Below, piece after piece: positions 18,078-26,426 of a stretch of 40,544 bases of DNA. The stretch's first letter is position 1. Every line of letters begins with the position of its first letter. The stretch spans positions 1 through 40,544 of the forward strand of contig JBFICP010000001.1 in the NCBI GenBank assembly GCA_041581935.1, in the 5' to 3' direction. The notes below the pieces were generated by a model. That model was given only the letters and a program-made list of their open reading frames with translations. It did no database searches and had not been told where the DNA came from. Position numbers and translations under genes: made by a program. The DNA comes from Gammaproteobacteria bacterium (GTDB taxonomy: Bacteria; Pseudomonadota; Gammaproteobacteria; HK1).

Positions 18078-18105
18078 GCGTTCCCGGCCCGCAGGCCGGG
18101 AACGC
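18078..18105 (-). other. Perfect 12-bp stem / tetraloop intercistronic hairpin between the tauA-like and tauB-like genes
   Basis: gcgttcccggcc (18078..18089), loop cgca, ggccgggaacgc (18094..18105). On the minus strand only a weak TCTTTCC tract follows. Confidence 0.7.
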
Positions 18106-18133
18106 CTCTTGGCGTTATTTCGTTTTTGTCAGG

Positions 18134-19132
18134 CTAGCATTTGCCATCAAGCACCATTTGGGCGTACTTCGGCGTGGCAGAATCCTTGTAGCTGTCCAAA
18201 ACCGCGTCCAATTTGCCCTGCGACTTCAAAAACTGCGAAGCCGCCATGAGCGCGTTCTGAACGCCACCATCGAGCCATACAGGGGACACCTGCTGTTCGA
18301 GCGTTGGGTAGTCGTACAAGGCCAGCACACCTCCCACCTGATCGGCCTGGCCCGATACCGCTTTCGCGATCGCTTTCGCTTTGTCGGTTCCCGGTCCGTA
18401 TGCACTCGGGTTCGATCGGTAATCGGCATCTGCTGCAGAAACCATCTTGACCCAGGCACAGGCAAAATCCGGGTTCTTCTCGGTAAAGCCCTTGCGCGCT
18501 ACCATTGCGTCAAATGTCGCTTTACCCCAGTTGCTGAGATCGCCGGAGGTGATCAGCACGCGGCCTTTCCCCTTCATCCTGCCGAGCGCGGGATCCCAAA
18601 CAAAGCCGCCATCGATGTCACCACGTTCCCAGGCAGCCACCATGTCCGGCGGTGACATGTCGATGACCCTGAGATCTTTCGGATTGATATTGAACTGATC
18701 GAGGGCGAACATCATGTGAAAATGCGTCGTCGATCCGAACGGCACTGCGATCGTCTTACCCTTCAAATCCTGCGGTGCGGTGACTTTTTCATTAACAACC
18801 AGAGCTTCCGCGTCATTGATATTGTCATAGATATAGATAACTTGAAGATCCACACCTCGGCTGAAGCCGGCGGCGGTTGGCGATGAACCGTTAAGAGATA
18901 TGTCTACGGAACCCGAAGCCATGGCGTTGATGACCTCGGTGCCCGATGTGAATTTCACGAATTCGATGCTCTTGCCGGCGAGACCCTCTTTCTTTAGTCG
19001 TTCCATATTGGCCTTCCATGGACCGTATACCAATTGATAACCGACCGTTACATCCGCCGCGCTTGCGACGCCAGAAAATGCGGCTAGCGCGGCGACAAGG
19101 AAGACAGGGAGTTTGTTCAGGAAGCGTTTCAT
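18134..19132 (-). CDS. tauA: Periplasmic substrate-binding protein, taurine-binding TauA-like
   Basis: 332 aa with a signal peptide (LVAALAAFSGVASA). It recalls E. coli TauA over blocks: EALVV..K....PQDLKGKTIAVPFGSTTH, AAWERGDIDGGFVWDPA, ASQFLKSQGK. Confidence 0.8.
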   Translation of the reverse strand: MKRFLNKLPVFLVAALAAFSGVASAADVTVGYQLVYGPWKANMERLKKEGLAGKSIEFVKFTSGTEVINAMASGSVDISLNGSSPTAAGFSRGVDLQVIYIYDNINDAEALVVNEKVTAPQDLKGKTIAVPFGSTTHFHMMFALDQFNINPKDLRVIDMSPPDMVAAWERGDIDGGFVWDPALGRMKGKGRVLITSGDLSNWGKATFDAMVARKGFTEKNPDFACAWVKMVSAADADYRSNPSAYGPGTDKAKAIAKAVSGQADQVGGVLALYDYPTLEQQVSPVWLDGGVQNALMAASQFLKSQGKLDAVLDSYKDSATPKYAQMVLDGKC

Positions 19133-19372
19133 GGAATTCCCCTCCGTTTTCGATGCTTGTTATGAAGTTCCCGATTTAGGCGTCAGACGAAGTGCCGAGG
19201 CCCCGAGGCGAGACGTTATCACAATTTCTGCCCGCCATCATACCGGCTCGCCCGTGCCACGTACGCTGGACCGATGCCGGCAAAACCTGGTCCAGTTGTC
19301 CGAGCCGATGCTCCGAAGCGTTGACCAGGCTCAAGATTGCAAGGATGACAAAAACGGGCTCGAGTGACGCGG

Positions 19373-20458
19373 CTAAAACGTGATGACGTTTCGTAGCGCC
19401 TCGCCGCGATTGACCGATGCGATGGCCTCGTTGATTTGATCGAGCGGATAGCGTCCGGTGATCAGCTCGTCGAGCTTGAGCTTTCCCTCGCGATAAAGAT
19501 TCACTAGCCTCGGTATGTCGGTGCCGACCCTGGAAGAACCCATCTTGCTGCCGAGAATTACCTGGCAATCGTTGGCAACCGTCAGCGGCTCGAAACCGGC
19601 GAGTTCTCCCGACGCCGGCATGCCGACCAGCACCAGCGTACCGCCCTTGCGGATGAGCCCGAACGCTTGCTCGATAACGGTTTTCAGCCCGACGGTGACG
19701 AACACGTAGTCCGCACCACGCCCGCCGGTCAATGCGCGCACCGCCACACCGGGTTCCTCGCGAGTGGAATTAATGCCACGGGTCGCACCGAAGCGTGCGG
19801 CCGCGGCGAGCTTATCGTCGGAGACATCAATGGCGATGATCTCCCGACAATCGCTCAACGCGGCGCCCTGAATGCTGTTGAGCCCGACGCCTCCCGTGCC
19901 GATGACGACGACATTGGAGCCGGCTTCGACCCGCGCCGTGTTGACGACCGCTCCGAGCCCCGTGATGACGCCACAGGCAAGCAACGATGCGCTGTCGAAC
20001 GGAATCGCATCGGGAATCACGACCGCCTGCGACGCATCGACAACGACCTGCTCGGCGAACGCACCGGTTCTCAATCCCTGAACCATGCGGCTGCCATCGA
20101 TGGCGCTGATGGGTCCACGCCGATCGAGCGGAAATTCGTTCTCGCACAGCACCTCGTCTCCCCTGGCACAGTGAAAGCACTGTCCGCATGAGCGAATGAG
20201 CGTAACGACCACGTGATCGCCGGCGCTGAAACCCTCCACGCCGGCGCCGACCTCCTCGACAACTCCCGATGCCTCGTGGCCGTAGACCGCTGGCAGGTCA
20301 CCGCCCCAGGCACCATCGGCGTAGTGAATGTCGCTGTGACAAATCGCGCAGGCCGCAATCTTCACGCGAATCGATCCGGTACCCGGCGATGCCAGCTCCA
20401 CCGCCTCGATGCTGAGGGGCCTGGCGAACTCCCGGCAGACGGCGGCTTTTATTCTCAT
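19373..20458 (-). CDS. Zn-dependent alcohol dehydrogenase (MDR superfamily)
   Basis: Catalytic-Zn context CAICHSDIH and GHEASGVVEEVG. Structural-Zn Cys cluster CGQCFHCARGDEVLC. NAD fold VVVIGTGGVGL. I prefer ATG 20458 (MRIKAAV) because GGAGG lies 8 nt upstream. The track ORF starts at 20473. Confidence 0.9.
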   Translation of the reverse strand: MRIKAAVCREFARPLSIEAVELASPGTGSIRVKIAACAICHSDIHYADGAWGGDLPAVYGHEASGVVEEVGAGVEGFSAGDHVVVTLIRSCGQCFHCARGDEVLCENEFPLDRRGPISAIDGSRMVQGLRTGAFAEQVVVDASQAVVIPDAIPFDSASLLACGVITGLGAVVNTARVEAGSNVVVIGTGGVGLNSIQGAALSDCREIIAIDVSDDKLAAAARFGATRGINSTREEPGVAVRALTGGRGADYVFVTVGLKTVIEQAFGLIRKGGTLVLVGMPASGELAGFEPLTVANDCQVILGSKMGSSRVGTDIPRLVNLYREGKLKLDELITGRYPLDQINEAIASVNRGEALRNVITF

Positions 20459-20521
20459 GTACCCGGCCTCCACATCTACGCTCTGCTACTTTTCGAGAGC
20501 TTAAAGGATCGCAGACACCGG

Positions 20522-21424
20522 TTACGAGCTTGCGCGGTAGTGCTCGCGGAAGAACTCTCCGAGAAGCCGGAACTCGCCAGCGCGACCGCTGCCGCTTCTC
20601 CATGCGAGCCCTATCTCCCGGTAGGCGTCGTCACGCATCGGGTAGGTCTTCACGCTCGTGCCCGCCAGTATCGATGAATCCTCCGCCATCTCGGGGAGAA
20701 ACGAGATGCCGAGATCCGCATCCACCATCTCGACGAGCGTCAGCAGGCTGCTGGCAGAGAAACGACTGACCTTGTCGAGCTTGCGAATCCGGCATGCGGA
20801 GATTGCGTGATCGCGCAGACAGTGGCCGTCTTCGAGAAGCAGCACACTCTCGGCATTGAGGCGATTGAAGCGATAGTGCCCAGGGTCCACCAGCTTGGTA
20901 TCCGCGCGACAGGCGAGCCGAAACCGGTCCTTGAACAGGCGCATGACCTCGACGTTGCGCATCTCGAAGGGCAGTGCAAGCAGAATCAGGTCGAGATCGC
21001 CCGCCATGAGCCTGTCGTATACGACCTGGGTCGTGTCCTCGCGCAGTAGCGGCTGAAGCCGCGGGTATTTCTCGCGCAGCGCCGGCAACACCTTCGGCAG
21101 CAGAAACGGCGCGATGGTGGGGATCACGCCGAGCCGCAACGGGCCGGCCAGGGCATCGCGGTTGCCGGCGGCAATCTGCACCAGCGCCTCCAGGTCGCGG
21201 ATGCACAGGCGCGCCTGGACAGCCACTTCCCGGCCCAGTTGGCTGACCGTGACCTTGCGGTTGGTGCGGTCCACCAGCCGCACCCCGAGCAGGGTTTCGA
21301 GCTCGCGGATCGCCACGCTGAAGGCGGACTGGGACACGAAGCAGGCTTCGGCGGCTTTGCCGAAGTGCTCGTGCTCCTCGAGGGCCACGAAGTAACGAAG
21401 CTGCTTGACGGTGGGAAGGTTCAC
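20522..21424 (-). CDS. oxyR: LysR-family hydrogen-peroxide-sensing regulator OxyR
   Basis: N-terminal LysR HTH ([35 protein letters not shown]). It has the diagnostic [17 protein letters not shown], with two Cys 9 residues apart as in E. coli C199/C208. It is divergent from dps. Confidence 0.9.
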   Translation of the reverse strand: MNLPTVKQLRYFVALEEHEHFGKAAEACFVSQSAFSVAIRELETLLGVRLVDRTNRKVTVSQLGREVAVQARLCIRDLEALVQIAAGNRDALAGPLRLGVIPTIAPFLLPKVLPALREKYPRLQPLLREDTTQVVYDRLMAGDLDLILLALPFEMRNVEVMRLFKDRFRLACRADTKLVDPGHYRFNRLNAESVLLLEDGHCLRDHAISACRIRKLDKVSRFSASSLLTLVEMVDADLGISFLPEMAEDSSILAGTSVKTYPMRDDAYREIGLAWRSGSGRAGEFRLLGEFFREHYRASS

Positions 21425-21446
21425 GGGACGATCCGGAGGTGACGAG

Positions 21447-21510
21447 CTTATATTCGATTTTATATATCATTATTATTTATATAAGTCACTTTATTTAATA
21501 TTCGAATATC
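21447..21510. promoter_or_regulatory. AT-rich divergent oxyR/dps promoter-operator region
   Basis: A strikingly AT-rich tract in a GC-rich context. The direct repeat atattcga occurs at 21450..21457 and 21498..21505. The position fits OxyR autoregulation and dps activation. Confidence 0.5.
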
Positions 21511-21551
21511 CCCATAGTGCTGCTCTCGACGATCGAAAGCGGAGGACGGCC

Positions 21552-22043
21552 ATGAGCATCGACATTGGAATTGAACAGGAAGATCGCCGCGCGATCAGCG
21601 AGGGCCTCTCGAGGCTGCTCGCCGACAGCTACACGCTGTACCTCAAGACCCACAACTATCACTGGAACGTCACCGGCCCGCTGTTCAGCACCCTGCACAC
21701 GATGTTCGAGGAGCAGTACACGGAGCTGGCGGCGGCGGTCGACGAGATAGCCGAGCGCATCCGGGCGCTGGGCTTCCCCGCGCCGGGCTCGTACACGCGC
21801 TTCACCGAGCTGACCTCCATCGAGGAGGAGAACGGCGTGCCCGACGCGGAGCACATGATTCGCCAGCTCGTCATCGGCCAGGAGACCGTGGTGCGGACCG
21901 CGCGCGGAATCTTCCCGGTGGTCGAACGGGTCAACGACGAGCCGACGGCCGATCTGCTTACCCAGCGCATGCAGATTCACGAGAAGAACGCCTGGATGCT
22001 GCGTTCCATGCTCGAGACCGACAAAGCCGCCGTTGCGGGCTGA
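21552..22043 (+). CDS. dps: Dps (DNA starvation/stationary-phase protection, ferritin-like)
   Basis: [30 protein letters not shown] is the Dps ferroxidase-site signature. ATG 21552 is preceded by GGAGGA. The track ORF start at 21405 would run through the AT-rich promoter. Confidence 0.9.
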   Translation: MSIDIGIEQEDRRAISEGLSRLLADSYTLYLKTHNYHWNVTGPLFSTLHTMFEEQYTELAAAVDEIAERIRALGFPAPGSYTRFTELTSIEEENGVPDAEHMIRQLVIGQETVVRTARGIFPVVERVNDEPTADLLTQRMQIHEKNAWMLRSMLETDKAAVAG

Positions 22044-22101
22044 GCATGCCGCCGATTATCGAATTTTGACAACCGTGAACTAAGACAGAGGAAACAGATC
22101 G

Positions 22102-22845
22102 ATGTTGGAAAATAGAGAAGGCAAGCGTGTGCCGAAAACGACTTTCCGAGTGCGACGTGGCCATGATTGGGTCGATGTCACGACCGATGAGCTCTTCGCG
22201 GGCAAAACCGTGGTGGTGTTCGCGCTGCCGGGCGCTTTCACGCCGACGTGCTCATCATCCCACGTGCCCCGCTACAATCAGCTCGCCCCGCAGCTTCGCG
22301 CGCACGGCGTGGACGATATTGTTTGCATTTCGGTGAACGACTCATTCGTTATGAACGAGTGGCAGACGTCCCAGAAAGCCGACGAGATTCGCTTCATACC
22401 CGACGGCAACGGCGCTTTCACGAACGGCATGGGCATGCTCGTAGACAAGGAAGAGCTCGGCTTCGGCAAGCGGTCGTGGCGCTACTCAATGCTGGTGAGG
22501 GACGGCGTCATCGAGAAAATGTTCATCGAGCCCGAAGTCCCCGGCGATCCCTTCGAAGTATCGGATGCCGACACCATGCTCGCCTACGTGGCGCCCGATG
22601 CTCCCATGCCCATGGACGTGACGGTTATGTCGCGAGACGGTTGTCCGCACTGCGTGCGAGCGAAGGAGTTGCTGCGAAACGCAGGGATCGATTTCGAAGA
22701 GCTGGTTCTCAATCGCGACTACACGGATCGCTCATTGCGCGCCGTCGCCGCGAGCGCGAGCGTTCCGCAGGTGTTCGTGAACGGCGACCACATCGGCGGG
22801 GCCGATGCGCTCGAGTCCTGGTTGGCCGAAAGAAAGGCCGCTTGA
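22102..22845 (+). CDS. Hybrid peroxiredoxin (Prx5-type) - glutaredoxin fusion
   Basis: The N-terminal [17 protein letters not shown] carries the peroxidatic Cys motif. The C-terminal domain has CPHC and [13 protein letters not shown] (Grx). The architecture matches the known Prx-Grx hybrid of Haemophilus. Confidence 0.9.
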   Translation: MLENREGKRVPKTTFRVRRGHDWVDVTTDELFAGKTVVVFALPGAFTPTCSSSHVPRYNQLAPQLRAHGVDDIVCISVNDSFVMNEWQTSQKADEIRFIPDGNGAFTNGMGMLVDKEELGFGKRSWRYSMLVRDGVIEKMFIEPEVPGDPFEVSDADTMLAYVAPDAPMPMDVTVMSRDGCPHCVRAKELLRNAGIDFEELVLNRDYTDRSLRAVAASASVPQVFVNGDHIGGADALESWLAERKAA

Positions 22846-22853
22846 GGCGGTCC

Positions 22854-22887
22854 GATGACGGGAGCGGAGTTGTTCGCTCCCGTCATC
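22854..22887 (+). terminator. 13-bp perfect stem-loop directly after the prx-grx stop (terminator-like, no U-tract)
   Basis: gatgacgggagcg (22854..22866), loop gagttgtt, cgctcccgtcatc (22875..22887), beginning 9 nt after the stop. The lack of a T-run lowers confidence that it is an intrinsic terminator. Confidence 0.4.
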
Positions 22888-22895
22888 TGCAGTGC

Positions 22896-23029
22896 GTAGG
22901 TTGGGCTGAGCCCATGAGTCCAGGGGCGAACCCGTTAGAGCGAAGCAGGCCGAGACTGTTCTCAAAAGCCATCCGCATTCTCGCCATCCATGGCGGTCGG
23001 GCACCCGAGTCGAGCAAAGCCCGACCTAC
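22896..23029. repeat. REP-like intergenic palindromic units
   Basis: gtaggttgggctgagccca (22896..22914) and gtcgggc-N16-gcccgac-ctac (22996..23029). The GGTTGGGC core recurs in the palindrome at 31874..31932, and the gagcRaagcccgac core recurs at 5194..5207. Confidence 0.55.
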
Positions 23030-23523
23030 GGAACTGGCGAGAGCACGACGGCGTGGCCGGCGTCCGGCGGCGTTGACACGGTGAACACGGCTGTCTCGGG
23101 CGTATACGGATTCGTGATATCGACGAACGCCGCCCAATCGCGGCGGTACTCGAGATAGTCGACGAGCCGGCCTCGATGGAGAAATACGATGACCGTGAGC
23201 AGGTCGTCCGCGATGAGCTTCTCACGGGTCTCCCGCGACCAGTCCCACTGGAACGGACAGTCGGCGACCGCACCGCCGGGCTTGTAGTTAACAAGAATCT
23301 CGGCTTGGTCCCAATCGAAGCCGGTGATACGCGACAAGCGCACGGGGTCGGCGCCCTCAACACCCGCATCGATGGCCGCGCGCAGCGCCTCGCGCAGCTC
23401 GGCGTGGCTGCGGCAGCTCTTGTAGGTCGTGATGAAGTGATACCCGAGGCCGAGAGTCAGCACGATCGCCGAGATATACAGCACCGGCCGCGTCGGCAAT
23501 CCGGCCAATGCGTCCTTCAACAT
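23026..23523 (-). CDS. Hypothetical membrane-anchored protein (one N-terminal TM)
   Basis: 165 aa. The N-terminal helix is PVLYISAIVLTLGLGYHFI. The rest is soluble with no motif I recognise. Confidence 0.55.
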   Translation of the reverse strand: MLKDALAGLPTRPVLYISAIVLTLGLGYHFITTYKSCRSHAELREALRAAIDAGVEGADPVRLSRITGFDWDQAEILVNYKPGGAVADCPFQWDWSRETREKLIADDLLTVIVFLHRGRLVDYLEYRRDWAAFVDITNPYTPETAVFTVSTPPDAGHAVVLSPVP

Positions 23524-23543
23524 ACGGCGTTCGATATGTAGCT

Positions 23544-23584
23544 AGAAGAAAGAACCCTCGCCGACGCGGAATCGCCGGCGAGGG
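23544..23584 (-). terminator. Rho-independent terminator of the amt / small-ORF operon
   Basis: On the minus strand a 9-bp GC-rich stem (ccctcgccg / cggcgaggg; plus-strand 23555..23563 and 23576..23584) is followed by TTCTTTCTTCT (plus-strand 23544..23554). It starts 19 nt after the stop of the 77-aa ORF. Confidence 0.6.
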
Positions 23585-23602
23585 GTGCTGCTTGGTATTT
23601 AC

Positions 23603-23836
23603 CTATGGATTTTCAGGCCTTTCACCGCTGATGATCTTTCTCAACGATTCGGCGCCGCCGAAGCGCTTCACCTCCTCTTCGTAGGTCTTGTTCTCGCGCC
23701 TCGTCTCCACGACATGCCACCAGATCCAGAACGCCAGGCCCAAGATGAACCAGAGCATTTCCGTGCCGACGAAGGGATACATCGGACCGATATCGGTGAT
23801 GGTGCCGGCCCAGTTTTCGAAGCTACCCGTAGACAT
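23603..23836 (-). CDS. Small (77-aa) single-pass membrane protein co-transcribed with the ammonium transporter
   Basis: It starts 12 nt downstream of the amt stop. It has one Trp-rich TM (MLWFILGLAFWIWWHVV) followed by a charged tail (ETRRENKTYEEEVKRFGG). Confidence 0.6.
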   Translation of the reverse strand: MSTGSFENWAGTITDIGPMYPFVGTEMLWFILGLAFWIWWHVVETRRENKTYEEEVKRFGGAESLRKIISGERPENP

Positions 23837-23848
23837 ATGCGTTCCTCC

Positions 23849-25252
23849 TCAATCTGCGCCCGCGCGAGCACCGACGGCCTCGCTCTCTGCGTTGATGATG
23901 CCCTGCTCGTCGGCGAAGCGTTCCGCGTTGGCCCCGACGTCGAGACCGGCGAGCTCCACTTCCTTGGGAATACGCAGCAAGCCGGCAGCATTCAGAATCT
24001 TTGCCGTGACCCAGCCCGGCAGGAATCCCAGCACCCAGAACATGATCACGGCGCCGATGAACTGACCCCACGGGGTAATGACGGCGAACGAGGGGTCCGG
24101 CGAGGACGGGTATCCCCACAGGAATATTCCGGCGATGAATACACCGAAACAGCCCGCGTACCCGTGCACGGCCACCGCGCCGACGGCATCGTCGATCTTG
24201 AATCTCTTCTCCACGAAATAGTGGACCTTGTACATGAAGATCACGCCACCCGCGGCGATGAACATCGCCTGTATCGGATGATACAAATCGTTGCCCGCCG
24301 ATGCGGCGATGATGCCTGCGAGACCCGATGAGTAGGTCCAGAACGCATCGCCTTTGGACACGATGTAACCCATCAGGAGCCCTCCCGAGAGCGACATCAG
24401 GAAGTTGACGGTGATCGCGGACAGCGTGGTTGGCGCGAGATAAATATTGGTCGCCGAGAAGAACACGCCGTCGCCGTCCTGGATATCCCACATGGGCACG
24501 TTGCACGCCACATAGAATCCCCAGAATCCCGTATAAATGAGAAACAGACCGATGGTCACCAGCCAGGGATTGCGCGGATGGATGTTGCGCGGGGTACCGT
24601 CGGCGGCGAATTTGCCGATGCGCGGTCCCAGCACGAACAGGATTCCGAGGGCATACCCGCCGGCGATGGCGTGAATGACACCCGATGCGTAGGCATCGTG
24701 ATAACCGAGCTTTTGCACCATCCAGCCCGCCGAGTGCCAGCCCCAGGCGGCGTCGATAATCCACCACACCGAGCCGATGCCGACCGCCAGAATCCAGAAG
24801 CCGGTCGACTTGATGCGCTCGATCACCGAGCCCGAGACGATGGACGCCGCGGTCCAGGAGAACAGCAGGAATGCCGCCCAGAAAACGCCGTTGATACGCG
24901 CCCATCCGGCCGTGTCATCGGCGGTCAGCGCCTCGGTCGCCGGGGTGCCGCCCATGTGCGGGCCCATGAGCTCGCTCCAGGCCACCGCCCACGGAGCAGA
25001 CTCGATGCCGCCGGTGATGCCGGGGCCGTTTGGGAAGGCGAAATAGATCCACCATCCGAAGAAGAAGAACGTGATTGTCACCAACGGGATGAGCATGGTG
25101 TTCTTCATCAGCGTGTGCATGTGATTCTTGTGCCGGCTGGCACCGACCTCGTACATGCAAAAGCCGACGTGGATGAAGAACATGATCACCACCGTCAACC
25201 AGTAGTAGAACTCGGTAAAGAGTATTCCGAGTGCGGTTAGTTCATTGTCCAT
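23849..25252 (-). CDS. amt: Ammonium transporter (Amt/MEP family)
   Basis: 467 aa, about 11 TM. Amt-type contexts: HVGFCMYEVGASRHKNHMHTLMKN, ASGVIHAIAGGYALG, DDAVGAVAVHGYAGCFGV (both pore His contexts are present). Confidence 0.9.
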   Translation of the reverse strand: MDNELTALGILFTEFYYWLTVVIMFFIHVGFCMYEVGASRHKNHMHTLMKNTMLIPLVTITFFFFGWWIYFAFPNGPGITGGIESAPWAVAWSELMGPHMGGTPATEALTADDTAGWARINGVFWAAFLLFSWTAASIVSGSVIERIKSTGFWILAVGIGSVWWIIDAAWGWHSAGWMVQKLGYHDAYASGVIHAIAGGYALGILFVLGPRIGKFAADGTPRNIHPRNPWLVTIGLFLIYTGFWGFYVACNVPMWDIQDGDGVFFSATNIYLAPTTLSAITVNFLMSLSGGLLMGYIVSKGDAFWTYSSGLAGIIAASAGNDLYHPIQAMFIAAGGVIFMYKVHYFVEKRFKIDDAVGAVAVHGYAGCFGVFIAGIFLWGYPSSPDPSFAVITPWGQFIGAVIMFWVLGFLPGWVTAKILNAAGLLRIPKEVELAGLDVGANAERFADEQGIINAESEAVGARAGAD

Positions 25253-25624
25253 TCTCTACCTCCCCTCCGGTCGCTTTTTGCTTGATTGCCCCGCAGGCCC
25301 AAACCCCCTGGCCTCGCGGGCACGCACGCTCGAGCGGCTTCCCGTCACGTCCGACGACGTGATTGTTTATCTCGGGAAACTTGAGAAGTGAACGCGGATG
25401 AGGAACGCAACGAACGAAACGCGAGCGGGCAGCAACGGGGAACGTCCGAAAACCCCCGCATGGATGTGTCCCCCCGACGCGAAGTTGTCGCGGTTCTCAT
25501 CTTCCCCCGATTTCCTCCTCGATGATTCGCGCGTGCAACACGAACCAACAGAGGATTAATATACTGGAAATTCTTTCCCAATGTGCAACAAATATTCAAC
25601 ACACGACAGGATCGGTCGGCACTA

Positions 25625-26284
25625 ATGGCTCCCAAGACTTTGAAAGAAAAGGGCTCCGGCACGCCAGGCGCTCCGACCACACGGCGCGTACAGGGAGCGG
25701 CGCCCGCCAATCAGCTGGAGATCGCCATCGGTCAGCAGGTGCGCGCATTTCGCAAGCAGCTGAGCATGACCGTGGCGGAGGTCGCCGGCCAGGCCGATCT
25801 GTCGCCGGGCATGCTGTCGAAAATCGAGAACGGTCTGACCTCGCCGTCACTGGCGACCTTGAAGGCGCTTTCCGGTGCGCTGAACGTTCCGGTCACGGCA
25901 TTTTTCCGAAAGTACGAGGAGGAACGCGATGCGACCTTCGTCAAGGCCGGTCAGGGGCTCAACATCGAGCGCCGCGGCACCCGCGCCGGCCATCAGTATC
26001 AGCTGCTGGGCCATACGGTGGGCAAGCAGGTGTTCGTTGAGCCGTACCTGATCACGTTGACCGAGGAGTCCGATGTCTTCCCGCTGTTTCAGCACGACGG
26101 GGTCGAGTTCATCTACATGCTGACCGGCGAGGTCATCTATCGCCACGCCAGCGAGACCTTCCGCCTGACCCCGGGGGATTCGTTGTTCTTCGACGCCGAT
26201 GCGCCCCACGGCCCGGAGGAGCTGGTGGACCTCCCGATTCGCTTTCTGGCCGTCATCGTCGAGCCCCGGGGCGCGGATTCGTGA
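25625..26284 (+). CDS. XRE-family HTH regulator with C-terminal cupin domain
   Basis: HTH: IGQQVRAFRKQLSMTVAEVAGQADLSPGMLSKIENG. Cupin: FQHDGVEFIYMLTGEVIY...GDSLFFDADAPHG. The start is at 25625 or 25583. Confidence 0.85.
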   Translation: MAPKTLKEKGSGTPGAPTTRRVQGAAPANQLEIAIGQQVRAFRKQLSMTVAEVAGQADLSPGMLSKIENGLTSPSLATLKALSGALNVPVTAFFRKYEEERDATFVKAGQGLNIERRGTRAGHQYQLLGHTVGKQVFVEPYLITLTEESDVFPLFQHDGVEFIYMLTGEVIYRHASETFRLTPGDSLFFDADAPHGPEELVDLPIRFLAVIVEPRGADS

Positions 26285-26426
26285 AATGGCCCATTAGGAA
26301 GGGGCTCATTCATGTGGGGAAAGTTTTTCTCTTGCAGGTTGATCCGGCCCGAGCGAGGGTTTACGCTCATCGGGCTCGGGAATTCGGTCCCATTGGCTCG
26401 AGCACAGTCGCTCACCAGGAGGCACC

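Noticed and set aside
19240-19262. Possible sigma-54 promoter (minus-strand TGGCAC at 19254..19259) upstream of the tauA-like gene
   Set aside because: The downstream element reads AGCC, with the GC dinucleotide one position off the strict TGGCAC-N5-TTGC spacing. There is no enhancer-binding-protein gene nearby.
21405-21551. N-terminal 49-codon extension of the Dps ORF given in the track
   Set aside because: The extension would be translated through the AT-rich oxyR/dps promoter and would overlap the oxyR start. ATG 21552, which has a GGAGGA SD, gives a canonical-length Dps.
26285-26426. Nested hairpins in the leader of the second operon as a possible attenuator or riboswitch
   Set aside because: There are only short stems of 5 to 7 bp, no recognisable riboswitch consensus and no leader peptide. 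The evidence is insufficient.
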